IMG/VR virus record: IMGVR_UViG_3300027743_000030
Coordinates: 1,018-65,017 of that record
Origin: a virus
Taxonomy: Duplodnaviria > Caudoviricetes
DNA: 64,000 nt
Reading direction: 5' to 3' (one strand)
The notes beneath the pieces were generated by a model. It saw only the letters and a program-made list of their open reading frames with translations, was not told where the DNA came from and did no database searches. How positions within the stretch are numbered: position 1 is the stretch's first letter; each line of letters starts with the position of its first letter. The position numbers were made by a program, and so were the translations under genes. Shown here piece after piece: positions 26,170-35,539 of the stretch.

Positions 26170-27530
26170 CCTTGCTCGATTTGCCGCGTGCCGGGTTGCG
26201 ATGGTTGCGCACGTGGTGGCGGCAGGAACTGCCGCCGCCGCAGCTGCCACACTATGAACCACCGCCGCCGGTGCCGCCGGCAGCACCCGAAGTCGAAGCC
26301 GAAGCCGACCTTGACTCCTGGCAGGATGCCGAGGAACGGCATCAGTGGCGCTTTGAGCGCGAGGCCGTTGAGCAAGCCGGCACGTTCTATTTTAAGGCTG
26401 CGATTTTGGACGAGCTGAAAGAGTATTTCGTTATCATCCGGCGACTGCGCCACGTCGATCGCGACGGTTACAATATGTTTGCCAAGCTCGGCGCTGCCAT
26501 CCTGCCGTGGCAAACGCTCAGCGTGCGCAGGGAATTTCCGGCGATCTGGCATGACCCGAAGACGCGGCCCGGCTTTGGTGCCGTCTGGTTCTTTGATCCT
26601 GACGACAAGCTGTTCCTTCCGGTCAAGCTGGCGATGTTTCAGAAGCTGGACGCCGCGCCGCGCGGTGTCGAAGCAACCCCGCATCAGGTCTATTGCGTCA
26701 CGCTGTACTATGACCGCGTAAAGGTTCAGGCCGGCGACAAAAAGTGGCTGATCAAGCGGCTGCGCAAAGCCGGCTTCGGGATGCGCTATCACGTCAGCCT
26801 CGATCGCTCCGGCGATATCAAGCTGCTGAAAGAATTGATCACCCGCCACCACAAAATCGTCCGCAAGCACAAGCGATGGGATCGAAAGCAAACCCGGCCG
26901 CACGGCCCTGCCGGTTATCTTCCGCAGCAAGTTTGGGATTATCCCGACATGCTGGTCGACGTGTGGAAGGACTTCCAAAAAGACTTCAAAAGCGTGATGG
27001 GCATCGATGAATACGTGGCTGACTTTTTCAAGATCGTGGCGCAGTTCGAACAGGGGCAGCACACCGGCATCCGCATCAACCTGCATGACGGCGACACGAC
27101 GGCCGCCTTCGCCGTGGACTTCAAACGCTCGGCATATTTTTTCCGCGATCGCGAGATCACCGCGTTGGCGCGCGACGGCAGGCGCAAGCGCATCTTTCAC
27201 ATCGTGCGCCCGCACGCTCGCCATCTTGCGACCAAGGCAACCTACGTCAGAACGCACTTCCGGGGCTTGCGCGACTTCGAATGGAACGGCTACCGCGTGC
27301 ACATCACCGTGCCGGGTTGGCATCATCCTGACTTGCTCAGGGCAACCTTCTCGGCAGTCATCATGCCGGATGACGAACCGATGCCGCCGGACATGATGAC
27401 GGTCGAGCAGGGAGTCAAACGTCTCGCCGCCGGCATCGCCGGCAAACCCCACCGATGGAGCCCACATGAAAGCGACGATCGAAGTGAAGGACAAGAAGGA
27501 AGCCGAAGCTATCCGCACCGGGTTGGTTGA
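26166..27530 (+). CDS. Phage hypothetical protein
   Basis: 454 aa with RIFHIVRPH.R...VRTHFRG motif. Confidence 0.75.
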   Translation: MTLLDLPRAGLRWLRTWWRQELPPPQLPHYEPPPPVPPAAPEVEAEADLDSWQDAEERHQWRFEREAVEQAGTFYFKAAILDELKEYFVIIRRLRHVDRDGYNMFAKLGAAILPWQTLSVRREFPAIWHDPKTRPGFGAVWFFDPDDKLFLPVKLAMFQKLDAAPRGVEATPHQVYCVTLYYDRVKVQAGDKKWLIKRLRKAGFGMRYHVSLDRSGDIKLLKELITRHHKIVRKHKRWDRKQTRPHGPAGYLPQQVWDYPDMLVDVWKDFQKDFKSVMGIDEYVADFFKIVAQFEQGQHTGIRINLHDGDTTAAFAVDFKRSAYFFRDREITALARDGRRKRIFHIVRPHARHLATKATYVRTHFRGLRDFEWNGYRVHITVPGWHHPDLLRATFSAVIMPDDEPMPPDMMTVEQGVKRLAAGIAGKPHRWSPHESDDRSEGQEGSRSYPHRVG

Positions 27531-27702
27531 TCCCAGCGTGCGCGCGTTCGTGGTGATCTTGGGCGTACTCAACGCCCTAACGCCGCGCGCCCGCGCTCGC
27601 GTTATGAACTACGTCAGCGATCGCTTGGAGGAGGAGGAAGCCGAGGCGGCCCAGAGCGCGATCAGCGGCGGCAGCAGCGGCATCAAAGAGGTCAAGGCAT
27701 GA
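27466..27702 (+). CDS. Hypothetical protein
   Basis: 78 aa, coupled to bet. Confidence 0.6.
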   Translation: MKATIEVKDKKEAEAIRTGLVDPSVRAFVVILGVLNALTPRARARVMNYVSDRLEEEEAEAAQSAISGGSSGIKEVKA

Positions 27703-28739
27703 ACGTTCCCGCACTGCGCCCAACCCGGCTGCCGATGCCGGCTGGCATAGACGATCCCGGCAAGTGGCGCGTGCTGGTCGAAGCGATCTTTCCCAATGCG
27801 CAGAGCGCGGAGTCGGTGCTGCTGGCACTCGAATACTGCAAGCAGCGCAATCTCGACGTGCTCAAGAAGCCCGTCAACATCGTGCCGATGTGGAACAACA
27901 AGCTTGGCAAGTATGTCGAGACGATCTGGGCCAGCATCAACGAGATCGAGGTCACCGCCGCGCGCACCGGACAATGGGCCGGCATGGACCCACCGCAATG
28001 GGGGCCAATCGTGCCGCGCAAGTTCACCGGCCGCAAAAAGGATCGCGGCGGCTGGGTTGATGCCAGCGTGGAGGTTGCCTATCCCGAGTGGTGCGCGGTC
28101 ACGGTGTATCGCACCATCAGCGGCATGCGCTGCGGCTTCACCGAGCCGGTGTACTGGCTCGAAGCCTATGGCCGTCTCGGCGGCAGCGAGTTGCCCAACG
28201 ACATGTGGTGCAAGCGACCGCGCGGGCAGCTGCACAAGGTGGCGAAGGCTGCCAGCTTGCGCGCGGCATTCCCCGAGGAGGGCGACTATGCCAGCGAGGA
28301 AATGGAAGGCGCAGTGATCGACGCGCCCGCGCCGCCACCGCCGCCGGCACCGACCGACAAGTGGGTGCCGCCCGAGGACATCCCAGCCGACGAGCCAGAC
28401 GGCGAGGAGAGCGTTGATCCTGAGACGGGCGAGGTCGGCCCGCGCTTGATGCCACGCGGCGATGAAGAGGAATGGCGCGAGTGGTGCCAACGCTTCCTTG
28501 CCGAGCTGCGCACGGCACACGGCGGCCCTGGCGCGCTGGTGGAAGTCGATGCATGGGAGGCAGCAAACGCCGAGATCATGGATCAGCTCAAGACCGAAGC
28601 GCCCAAGCTCCACGTCCAGCTCAAGGCGGCGATTGGCCGCCATCGTGTCTCGTGCGTCGGAGAGCAGAAGCAGGAGAAGCCGCCCGATGATCAGCAAGGA
28701 AGCACAGGAACAGCACCCGCGACTGGTGAAGCTGATTGA
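27699..28739 (+). CDS. bet: Bet/RecT-like single-strand annealing protein
   Basis: YCK..NLD.LKKPV.IVPMW, A.RTG, W.KRP.GQL.K.A.A..LR.AFPE. Confidence 0.88.
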   Translation: MNVPALRPTRLPMPAGIDDPGKWRVLVEAIFPNAQSAESVLLALEYCKQRNLDVLKKPVNIVPMWNNKLGKYVETIWASINEIEVTAARTGQWAGMDPPQWGPIVPRKFTGRKKDRGGWVDASVEVAYPEWCAVTVYRTISGMRCGFTEPVYWLEAYGRLGGSELPNDMWCKRPRGQLHKVAKAASLRAAFPEEGDYASEEMEGAVIDAPAPPPPPAPTDKWVPPEDIPADEPDGEESVDPETGEVGPRLMPRGDEEEWREWCQRFLAELRTAHGGPGALVEVDAWEAANAEIMDQLKTEAPKLHVQLKAAIGRHRVSCVGEQKQEKPPDDQQGSTGTAPATGEAD

Positions 28740-29193
28740 GGCTGCGTCAAGCTCGGTTGAGCAGATATTCGCCAAGGCCGGCAGCGTCGCGTCGATGTTT
28801 CACTACGTCAAGAACAACGGCGACCACATCGTGACGCTTGCGCCGGTTCATCTGGAGAAGGACGAGGGCTTCGAATTGATGCGCACGATATTTGCAATTG
28901 AGAATGCCGTGGCGGTGATGTTCATCGGCGAGGCGTGGACGTTCGTCGCTGACATCAACGAGGCGCGTGCACATGTCGAGAGCGGACGCAGTGCCGTTGA
29001 TCATCCCCGGCGGATCGAGATCGTAACCTTTGAAGCCGAGGACAGCACCGGCACGCTGTCCGGCCGTCGCACGATCGAGCGGCCAGCAGGCAAGCGCCCG
29101 CAGCTCGGGCCGTTGGAAATCGAGACGAGTAAATTCGCCACCGGCCGTCTGGTTGGAATGCTGCCGAAGCCGAGCAAGGCGACGTTGCAATGA
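28687..29193 (+). CDS. Hypothetical protein
   Basis: F..EAW...HP.R.E.V...E. Confidence 0.65.
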   Translation: MISKEAQEQHPRLVKLIEAASSSVEQIFAKAGSVASMFHYVKNNGDHIVTLAPVHLEKDEGFELMRTIFAIENAVAVMFIGEAWTFVADINEARAHVESGRSAVDHPRRIEIVTFEAEDSTGTLSGRRTIERPAGKRPQLGPLEIETSKFATGRLVGMLPKPSKATLQ

Positions 29194-29302
29194 TGGTCGA
29201 GCCCATTGCGTTCATGCTGATTATCTTCGCCTCGTTTGCCTGGGGTTATTCCATCGGCCATCGCAAGGGACGGGACGATGAAGCCTTCCGGCGTTCGCAA
29301 CA

Positions 29303-29782
29303 ATGAAGCGCGTCAACTATATCGTTGGCGTAGCCGCCGATGGAGACGTGCTGGTGCCTGCCGACAGCGAAGCGCGCGGGCAGCTGGTCACGCTCGAACA
29401 CGGCGAGAAAGTCTCGGTCGAGATCACGCGCCCGCGCCAATCGGAGCCGATCAAGTTCCGCGCGCACATCCATCTGACCTTGGAGCGCGTCGCTGCCGCG
29501 ATGTCACGGACGGTTGGCGTGATCTGGAGCGTGCGCGCATTGCGCGGCTGGCTGTGCATCCGCACTGGCCGCGTGGATGTTCTGACATGGCCGCCAAAAA
29601 GCACGGTGATCCCGCATGCGATCGAGGACATGAACGCGTTGGAGCTGGAGGCATTCTGGAAGGACGCTTGCCAAGTGATCATTGCTGTCGTGTTGCCGCT
29701 GTTGGCAACGGACGAAGCTGACGACATCCGCACGCGTCTCATGTCATGGAGAGAACTCAATGGCGATCACCAGAGGTTTTAA
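29303..29782 (+). CDS. Hypothetical protein (possibly NinB/DUF1367-like)
   Basis: LVPAD...R, H..L, WL.IRTG, M...E...F. Confidence 0.55.
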   Translation: MKRVNYIVGVAADGDVLVPADSEARGQLVTLEHGEKVSVEITRPRQSEPIKFRAHIHLTLERVAAAMSRTVGVIWSVRALRGWLCIRTGRVDVLTWPPKSTVIPHAIEDMNALELEAFWKDACQVIIAVVLPLLATDEADDIRTRLMSWRELNGDHQRF

Positions 29783-30196
29783 TCGGGGGCCGATTCAGCA
29801 ACGCGGCATGGCTCGCATGCCGAGCGCCAATCCACGCGCGATCGCCGCGCTCACTGCCTTTGCGCAAGCCAGCAAGACCGGCCCGATGAACTTCGACCAG
29901 CTCTACCGGCATTTGGTGGAGGGCGGGTTTCAGCCCAACGAAGCGCATCTGGCGGTGGAAAGTTTTGTGCGCAGCGCGAGGGGCAAGCGATGACGAGTTT
30001 CGATGATTTTATCCGCAGCATGAACCGGCTGGACGATGACGTGATCTGGCACATTGCCACGATGGCGGCGGCCGTTGCTGGTGAGCGCGCACAGCAGCGC
30101 GGCCATGACGACATCGAAAAGGTTTGCATTGAGTTCGTGGAAGCGATGGCCGACAAGGCGGGCACGCATGCCATGGTCTATACACTCGATGCCTGA
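29760..30196 (+). CDS. Two small hypothetical ORFs (29760-29993, 29990-30196)
   Basis: Coupled, co-oriented. Confidence 0.55.
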
Positions 30197-30283
30197 TCTC
30201 CCCCAGAGGGAGCGGCGGCGGTGTGGATTTACAGTTCCCCGATGAAGCGCCGCCGTCGTCACTCTTTAACCTGAAAGGACACC

Positions 30284-30784
30284 ATGACTATGACCAACGG
30301 ACGCAAGCCGCCGATGCCGACACCGACCATGCCGCGAGCTAACACGCTGCCGCCAACCACGCACAACATTGATCCGGTGCAGGACGAATACGCGGAGGAG
30401 GCGGGCCGCGCCGCTCAACGCTTCCACGACATGCGCACGGAGATCGGCCGCCTCACGCTTGAACTGGAGACGTGGCGCAGCCGGGCGGTCGTCGCCGAGG
30501 ATGGATTGAAGCGCGCCGATCAGCGCGAGAAGGACTTGCACTTGAAACTGGAGAACGTGGCGGCCAAATTAACGCACGAGCGGGACGTGTATCGCGATCG
30601 GCTGACAACGCTCAAAGCCGAGTTTGCTACCGCCGGCAATATCATTCTCCATTGCATCAAGGTTTCGGAAGACATGATGACGCTGGGCGAGCGCGTGGAG
30701 GCGCACGATCATCTGGAAAAGCTGGCGCAGGAGCTGGACGAGCCGTTGCCCAAGGTGGTGACGGATGGGCCAAGGGAGAGCTAA
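30284..30784 (+). CDS. Coiled-coil hypothetical protein
   Basis: SD AAGGA; 166 aa. Confidence 0.65.
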   Translation: MTMTNGRKPPMPTPTMPRANTLPPTTHNIDPVQDEYAEEAGRAAQRFHDMRTEIGRLTLELETWRSRAVVAEDGLKRADQREKDLHLKLENVAAKLTHERDVYRDRLTTLKAEFATAGNIILHCIKVSEDMMTLGERVEAHDHLEKLAQELDEPLPKVVTDGPRES

Positions 30785-30786
30785 CC

Positions 30787-31283
30787 ATGCCCGACAACAT
30801 GTTCGGTCTAAAGGAACGGATCGCGTCGAGCGACCGGTTTACGGACAGTGAAAAACTGTTCCTGCAGGAGGCGGTGAATCTCATTGCCAAGACCAATGGC
30901 GTAGTCGAGCCCGGCAACCCGACGTGGAAAACCATTCCCGCCGAAAGGGTGTTCGAGGCTGGTGCAAAGCGTTGCCCGACGTGTGGCGCGGCGGCGCTGT
31001 GAGAGCGAGCGATAAGAAGTTGTCCATGGCCTTGCGCAAAGCTGGCCTGGATGAAATGGCGACGCGTGCCGAGGCGGGCTACTACAACGAATTTTTTGGG
31101 CCACTCGACACACCCGAGCTGCAGCTGGCCGACGATCTTGCCAAGATCGGCACACCGAAAGCGATGGCGGTGCGCCGACTGGTCATCGACGGCGAGTTTG
31201 ATGCTGGCTCAGACGAGTCCGAAGAGTGGGCACAGTCGCCGGAAGGCAAAGCTGCGTTCGGCAGATTGATTTCAAAGCTGTAG
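30787..31283 (+). CDS. Two small ORFs (30787-31002 with CPTC; 30999-31283)
   Basis: GTGA coupling; RA..GYY.EF motif in the second. Confidence 0.6.
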
Positions 31284-31541
31284 CAACCACCAGATCAGCG
31301 CGCCGATGACCAGCCAGAGCGGCATCGCCAGCGACGCGCCGATGATCAGCCCGCGAAAGAACAAGCAGCACGGGCAGTCGGTGAAAACATATTGTGTAAC
31401 ACGGCTGCTCCAATGATCTTTCGACTGGCACCAGCTCGGCGTGAACGTCTTCGAGCCCCAGGCAAGGAAGTTGGACAGCCAGTTGTCAGCCCACTCAACC
31501 GGGCTGTCGGGGTGCGGATCATCTTCGGGACGAAATTTCAA
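31272..31541 (-). CDS. Small membrane protein with CPCC motif
   Basis: C-terminal TM helix; downstream end of lysis region. Confidence 0.5.
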   Translation of the reverse strand: MKFRPEDDPHPDSPVEWADNWLSNFLAWGSKTFTPSWCQSKDHWSSRVTQYVFTDCPCCLFFRGLIIGASLAMPLWLVIGALIWWLLQL

Positions 31542-31739
31542 ATGAACACACCGAAACTCTCATTCCGCGCAGGTTTTTGGGACGACGTAGCTTGGGGCGC
31601 ACCAGATAGTCCGGTGCGCCCCCTCTGTGCGAAGTGTCACGGCCCGTTGCCAGAAGTGCCGTTGATGCTATCTCGCGACGACGGCTCCATGATCCAACTG
31701 TGCAACAAGTGCACAGAGGCGTGGCTCGTTATGGTTTAG
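31542..31739 (+). CDS. Small zinc-finger-like protein
   Basis: CAKC...CNKC. Confidence 0.45.
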   Translation: MNTPKLSFRAGFWDDVAWGAPDSPVRPLCAKCHGPLPEVPLMLSRDDGSMIQLCNKCTEAWLVMV

Positions 31740-32449
31740 CCGCGCCGGCCCTTCGGCTGCGCGCCGCCAGCTTCGCCGGGCTCGGCCGGCAGCGTGTTGT
31801 CCGGCCTCAAGCCGGGCACCTGCGGCGTGACCGGAACCCACGCCCAACCATGGTTAGGGACGAAGGCAATCAGCCACGCGCCGGCCTCACCACTGTCCGG
31901 CGCGCCCGGCAAGGTATTATCGGGACGCCCACCCTGACCTCCCGGCAAACCCTGATCGGGCCTCGGCTGATCTCCCGGCAGGCCCTGATCCGGGTACGGC
32001 GGTAGGTGGATCGGATGCGACGGCCGACCGGGTTCGCCTGCGATTGGATGCGCCGGATAGACCGGCACATAGATCGGATGCGTCGGCTCGCCTGGAGCCC
32101 CCGGCGCGATCGGATGCACCGGATAGACCGGGATATAGATCGGATGCGTCGGCACGCCCGGCGGCTTCGGTAGACCCTGATCGGGACGCTCGCCGCCAGA
32201 GGGCGGTATCCATGGATGCTCCGGTGCGCCGTCTCCTGGCAGGTAGATCGGATGCGTCGGCGAGCCGGGCACGCCGCCCGGCGCGATCGGATGGGTCGGG
32301 AAGCCCGGACCCTGCGACGGATAAAGTGGGGGCTGTGGAAGCGTGTTGTCGGGACGGCCGCCGCCTGCGCCGATGCCGCCGCCCCAACCGGGATCGACGG
32401 GGCCGCCGCCGCCGACAGGAATGATCATTGCTAGAGTCGGGTTCGTCAT
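31736..32449 (-). CDS. Proline-rich repeat protein
   Basis: Repeats P(T/S/V/A)HPI, PDQGLP, PDNTLP; SD AGGAGG. Confidence 0.8.
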   Translation of the reverse strand: MTNPTLAMIIPVGGGGPVDPGWGGGIGAGGGRPDNTLPQPPLYPSQGPGFPTHPIAPGGVPGSPTHPIYLPGDGAPEHPWIPPSGGERPDQGLPKPPGVPTHPIYIPVYPVHPIAPGAPGEPTHPIYVPVYPAHPIAGEPGRPSHPIHLPPYPDQGLPGDQPRPDQGLPGGQGGRPDNTLPGAPDSGEAGAWLIAFVPNHGWAWVPVTPQVPGLRPDNTLPAEPGEAGGAQPKGRRG

Positions 32450-32466
32450 TTCAGTCCTCCTGTTGC

Positions 32467-32769
32467 TCAGTTTATGCGACGGCCTAACGTCTCGGGGATC
32501 ATGATACTCGGCGTCGGTGCCAGCTCAGCACCGATGGCCGGACCCTGGTGATGACCGATGACGCGCACCGCCGGAAGACCGAACAACAGCGCGACGATCA
32601 AGTAAAGCGCGATCAATGCCACCACCAACAGGTAAAGCCGCTGGACATTCCAGTCGATCGGCCATTGCATCCACTTTGCAAACATGACGATCACCGCGCC
32701 AACGAGCACGAGGATGGCCACGATGATCGCAACGTTGATGATGCCGAGAACAAAACCGCTGAGAGACAT
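32467..32769 (-). CDS. Two-TM membrane protein, candidate holin
   Basis: Two hydrophobic helices, SD GGAGG, within lysis module. Confidence 0.6.
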   Translation of the reverse strand: MSLSGFVLGIINVAIIVAILVLVGAVIVMFAKWMQWPIDWNVQRLYLLVVALIALYLIVALLFGLPAVRVIGHHQGPAIGAELAPTPSIMIPETLGRRIN

Positions 32770-32843
32770 GGGCTTTACCTCCACAGGAACTATAAAGTCT
32801 GCCGCCGAGTTATCTCGACACTGCCAACCATGAGGAAACGACC

Positions 32844-33068
32844 ATGGCCGAACCACGCAAGGACGAGCAAGACGAGCAGAACAAGAACCCACCACCCGGC
32901 TCGCAGCCGAACTATCCGCAGCCTGGACAGGGCGGCTTCCAGCCCGGCCAGAACAACCCGCAGAACCAGCCCGACCAAGACCAGCGCCAGGGCGGTAAAG
33001 AACAGCGCCAAGGCGGCAAAGAACAGCACCAGGGCGGTCAGAACCAAAGCGACAAGCGCGACCGCTAA
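32844..33068 (+). CDS. Gln/Gly-rich low-complexity protein
   Basis: SD GAGG; QGGKEQ repeats; opposite strand within lysis module. Confidence 0.6.
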   Translation: MAEPRKDEQDEQNKNPPPGSQPNYPQPGQGGFQPGQNNPQNQPDQDQRQGGKEQRQGGKEQHQGGQNQSDKRDR

Positions 33069-33418
33069 CCACGAGGCGTCGGGAGCGGCACGTCACACAA
33101 CGGCGGCTCCCATCGCAACGCCATTGCCCGCGATCGGATATAGGCACTGATCGCCTGTTGCGTCCCGAGCTGCGCACGCTTCGGCTGGTCAATGGGATCA
33201 GTCACAAACAGCACGAACAGCTTGGCGGTATGCTCCACGAACGCCTCATCATAGGCTCGCAACGACAGCGCACGGACGCGCTCGCGCGTCTCAGGATCAA
33301 CGCAGGCCGCCGCCGGCTGTGAACTCGACTGCCTCGCGACCAAAACTGCCACCGTGCCGATCAGCACCAGTATCGCCATAAACACAACGACGAAGGTGCC
33401 GAAGGCGAAGCGCGTCAT
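33065..33418 (-). CDS. Membrane-anchored protein (possible spanin or lysis accessory)
   Basis: N-terminal TM, two Cys, ATGA-coupled to endolysin. Confidence 0.55.
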   Translation of the reverse strand: MTRFAFGTFVVVFMAILVLIGTVAVLVARQSSSQPAAACVDPETRERVRALSLRAYDEAFVEHTAKLFVLFVTDPIDQPKRAQLGTQQAISAYIRSRAMALRWEPPLCDVPLPTPRG

Positions 33419-34992
33419 GCCGATGGAGCCATCGCCACGATCATCTCAACGGTCTGCAGCAACGTCACTGCGTCCCGCGATAACGTGACCGCCTTTTCGT
33501 TGATCGGCCCCCAATGCTTGCGGCGCATGCGCAGGCCGACTGCCGTCGTCATCACCGCAAAAGCGGGCGAGTATTTCGCCAGCCACTGATAAGCCGCGCC
33601 ATTGCCGCTGCCGTACACGTCGAGATTGCCGGTGGTCGGATTGATGGTGAGGGCGAACGTCGGCAGGAAGCCGTTGGGGTTGTCCCAATAGACCGCCATC
33701 AGCTCGCTCAGCGACTCGTCGGCGCTCTCCATGTTCCAGCTGGTCTGGAACAGGCCGGCTTCGCATGTGTCGGATTCGATATTGCTGGCCGACATGTCGC
33801 GGCCTTCGCAATACTTACCTGACGACTCGCGCATGCCTAAGCCGATCATCAGCGTGAACAGCCCGCGCAACGCCTCGACACCAGCCCGATCCACTTCGAT
33901 GCCGAGCTTGTCTAGGTCGGTTTCGTACCAAGCCAGCGCGTCGGTTTCTTCGGAACCGGGGATAACGTCGGCGGCCATGGCCTCGGCCCACGACTTGCCC
34001 TGCCCCAGCTCGATCAGCGCGAGCGCGTAGCACAGCGCCATGCCGGGGATGTAGCCGGGCGGGGCGCGGCCGCGATCCGGCCAGGAATAGAACATCAGCG
34101 GCGATGCCTTCGCCAGCAACGTGACGGCGGTGGCGATGCCGTCCGGCAGGCGCACGCTGCCGGTCATCATGCGAGCAGCGAGATCATCCAGCGAAGCCCA
34201 CGTTGCCGGCCCGACAACGCCGTCAGCGGCGAGCCCATCCGCGCGTTGGAACGCCTCGACTTGCGTTGCCGTCACTGATCCGAACGCACCGTCAGCGGGG
34301 ATGCCAAGCACGGCTTGCACCACGGCCACGTCAGGACCGCTGTCGCCCTTGCCGAGCACACGTCGATCGGTCGTTGGCGGCACCGGCTCGATCGTTTCCG
34401 GCGGCCGTGGAAATGGGAGGCTAGGATCAGGCGGTGTCGTCGCCTCTTCGTCCGCGATCGCAGCGGCGATGGCATCACAGATCACGTCGAAGTTTTCCCG
34501 GTACAGCGCGGCGTCGGCTTCGGAGTTCACGAAGCAGATTTCCAGTAGCACCGCAGGTTTTTCAGTCTGATTCAGGAATGCCAGATTGCTCGAATACTTT
34601 GGTCCGCGGTTGATGAAGTCGCCGGCATCGCTGATGGCATTGACGAGCTGCACCGCAGCTGCCTGCCCGGTGTCGGACTTGTAGAACACCTCGCAGCCGA
34701 CCGGATTGCTGGTCTGATTGCTGCCGTTGAACGTGGCACTATTGAAATGCACGCTCACGTCCAGATCGCGATCCTGGCTGTTGTGGAATGAGATTATGCG
34801 ATCCAGATTTTCGCTCTGGTCGTTGCTCACGTCATCATGGAACGTCACCACGTTGACGCCGAGCTGGCGCATGATGGTGGCGCTGGCGTTCACCACGCGC
34901 CGCGCTTCGTTGACCTCATCGAGTCCCCACGGCGACGGCCCTTCCGCGCCTCTGATGTAGAGGCCGTGGCCGGACGACATAACGATACGCAT
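33415..34992 (-). CDS. Modular endolysin: Amidase_3 + PG-binding + lysozyme-like domain
   Basis: SSGHG..E, SVHFNS, LLEICFV; ADG.FG..T..V.AFQ...GL.ADGVVGP.TW; RESSG...AGLFQ. Confidence 0.9.
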   Translation of the reverse strand: MRIVMSSGHGLYIRGAEGPSPWGLDEVNEARRVVNASATIMRQLGVNVVTFHDDVSNDQSENLDRIISFHNSQDRDLDVSVHFNSATFNGSNQTSNPVGCEVFYKSDTGQAAAVQLVNAISDAGDFINRGPKYSSNLAFLNQTEKPAVLLEICFVNSEADAALYRENFDVICDAIAAAIADEEATTPPDPSLPFPRPPETIEPVPPTTDRRVLGKGDSGPDVAVVQAVLGIPADGAFGSVTATQVEAFQRADGLAADGVVGPATWASLDDLAARMMTGSVRLPDGIATAVTLLAKASPLMFYSWPDRGRAPPGYIPGMALCYALALIELGQGKSWAEAMAADVIPGSEETDALAWYETDLDKLGIEVDRAGVEALRGLFTLMIGLGMRESSGKYCEGRDMSASNIESDTCEAGLFQTSWNMESADESLSELMAVYWDNPNGFLPTFALTINPTTGNLDVYGSGNGAAYQWLAKYSPAFAVMTTAVGLRMRRKHWGPINEKAVTLSRDAVTLLQTVEMIVAMAPSA

Positions 34993-34993
34993 A

Positions 34994-35527
34994 TCAGCCC
35001 TCGATCAGCGCCCGCTTGGCGGCCCTTGGGCGCTTGGTGATCCTGGCCGCCATCTCTTGCATGTCGTCTCTGGTGTAGAGCGCCATTTCGCGCCAGACGC
35101 TTTGCACGTCTTGCCCATCGAACAAGCCGCCAGCATCAAGCACGATGGTGACGGGATCGTCCCAGCGATACACGGTGCCGTCAGGATATTTCCACGCCGC
35201 CATCATCTTGTCCTTGTCTACCGGGTCGGCGATGGCGTTGATGATTGCATCGGCGTCAGCTTCGGTCTTGCCGTGATCGGCAAGCCACGACAAAAATTGC
35301 CGATGGCTCACTGCCACTAGCGCCGCTTGCGTCGGATCGGGCGGTGCTGGCGCGACGAATCCGCCTTCCTCGGTCCAGGTGTAATACGGCTGCACCTCCG
35401 GCCCGCACTCGATCCAAGTGCCCGGCACGGTTGCGCCGAACACCTGATCCGGCGTCACGTCCATGCCGGCCGGTGGCGTGAACACTTCGGCCACCACGCC
35501 GTCGACCACCCGCGCATAATGAGCCAT
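34994..35527 (-). CDS. Tail fibre-associated protein
   Basis: MAHYARVVDGVV...W....F.AP; follows Gly-rich fibre gene. Confidence 0.6.
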   Translation of the reverse strand: MAHYARVVDGVVAEVFTPPAGMDVTPDQVFGATVPGTWIECGPEVQPYYTWTEEGGFVAPAPPDPTQAALVAVSHRQFLSWLADHGKTEADADAIINAIADPVDKDKMMAAWKYPDGTVYRWDDPVTIVLDAGGLFDGQDVQSVWREMALYTRDDMQEMAARITKRPRAAKRALIEG

Positions 35528-35539
35528 GCCGCCCTCGCT

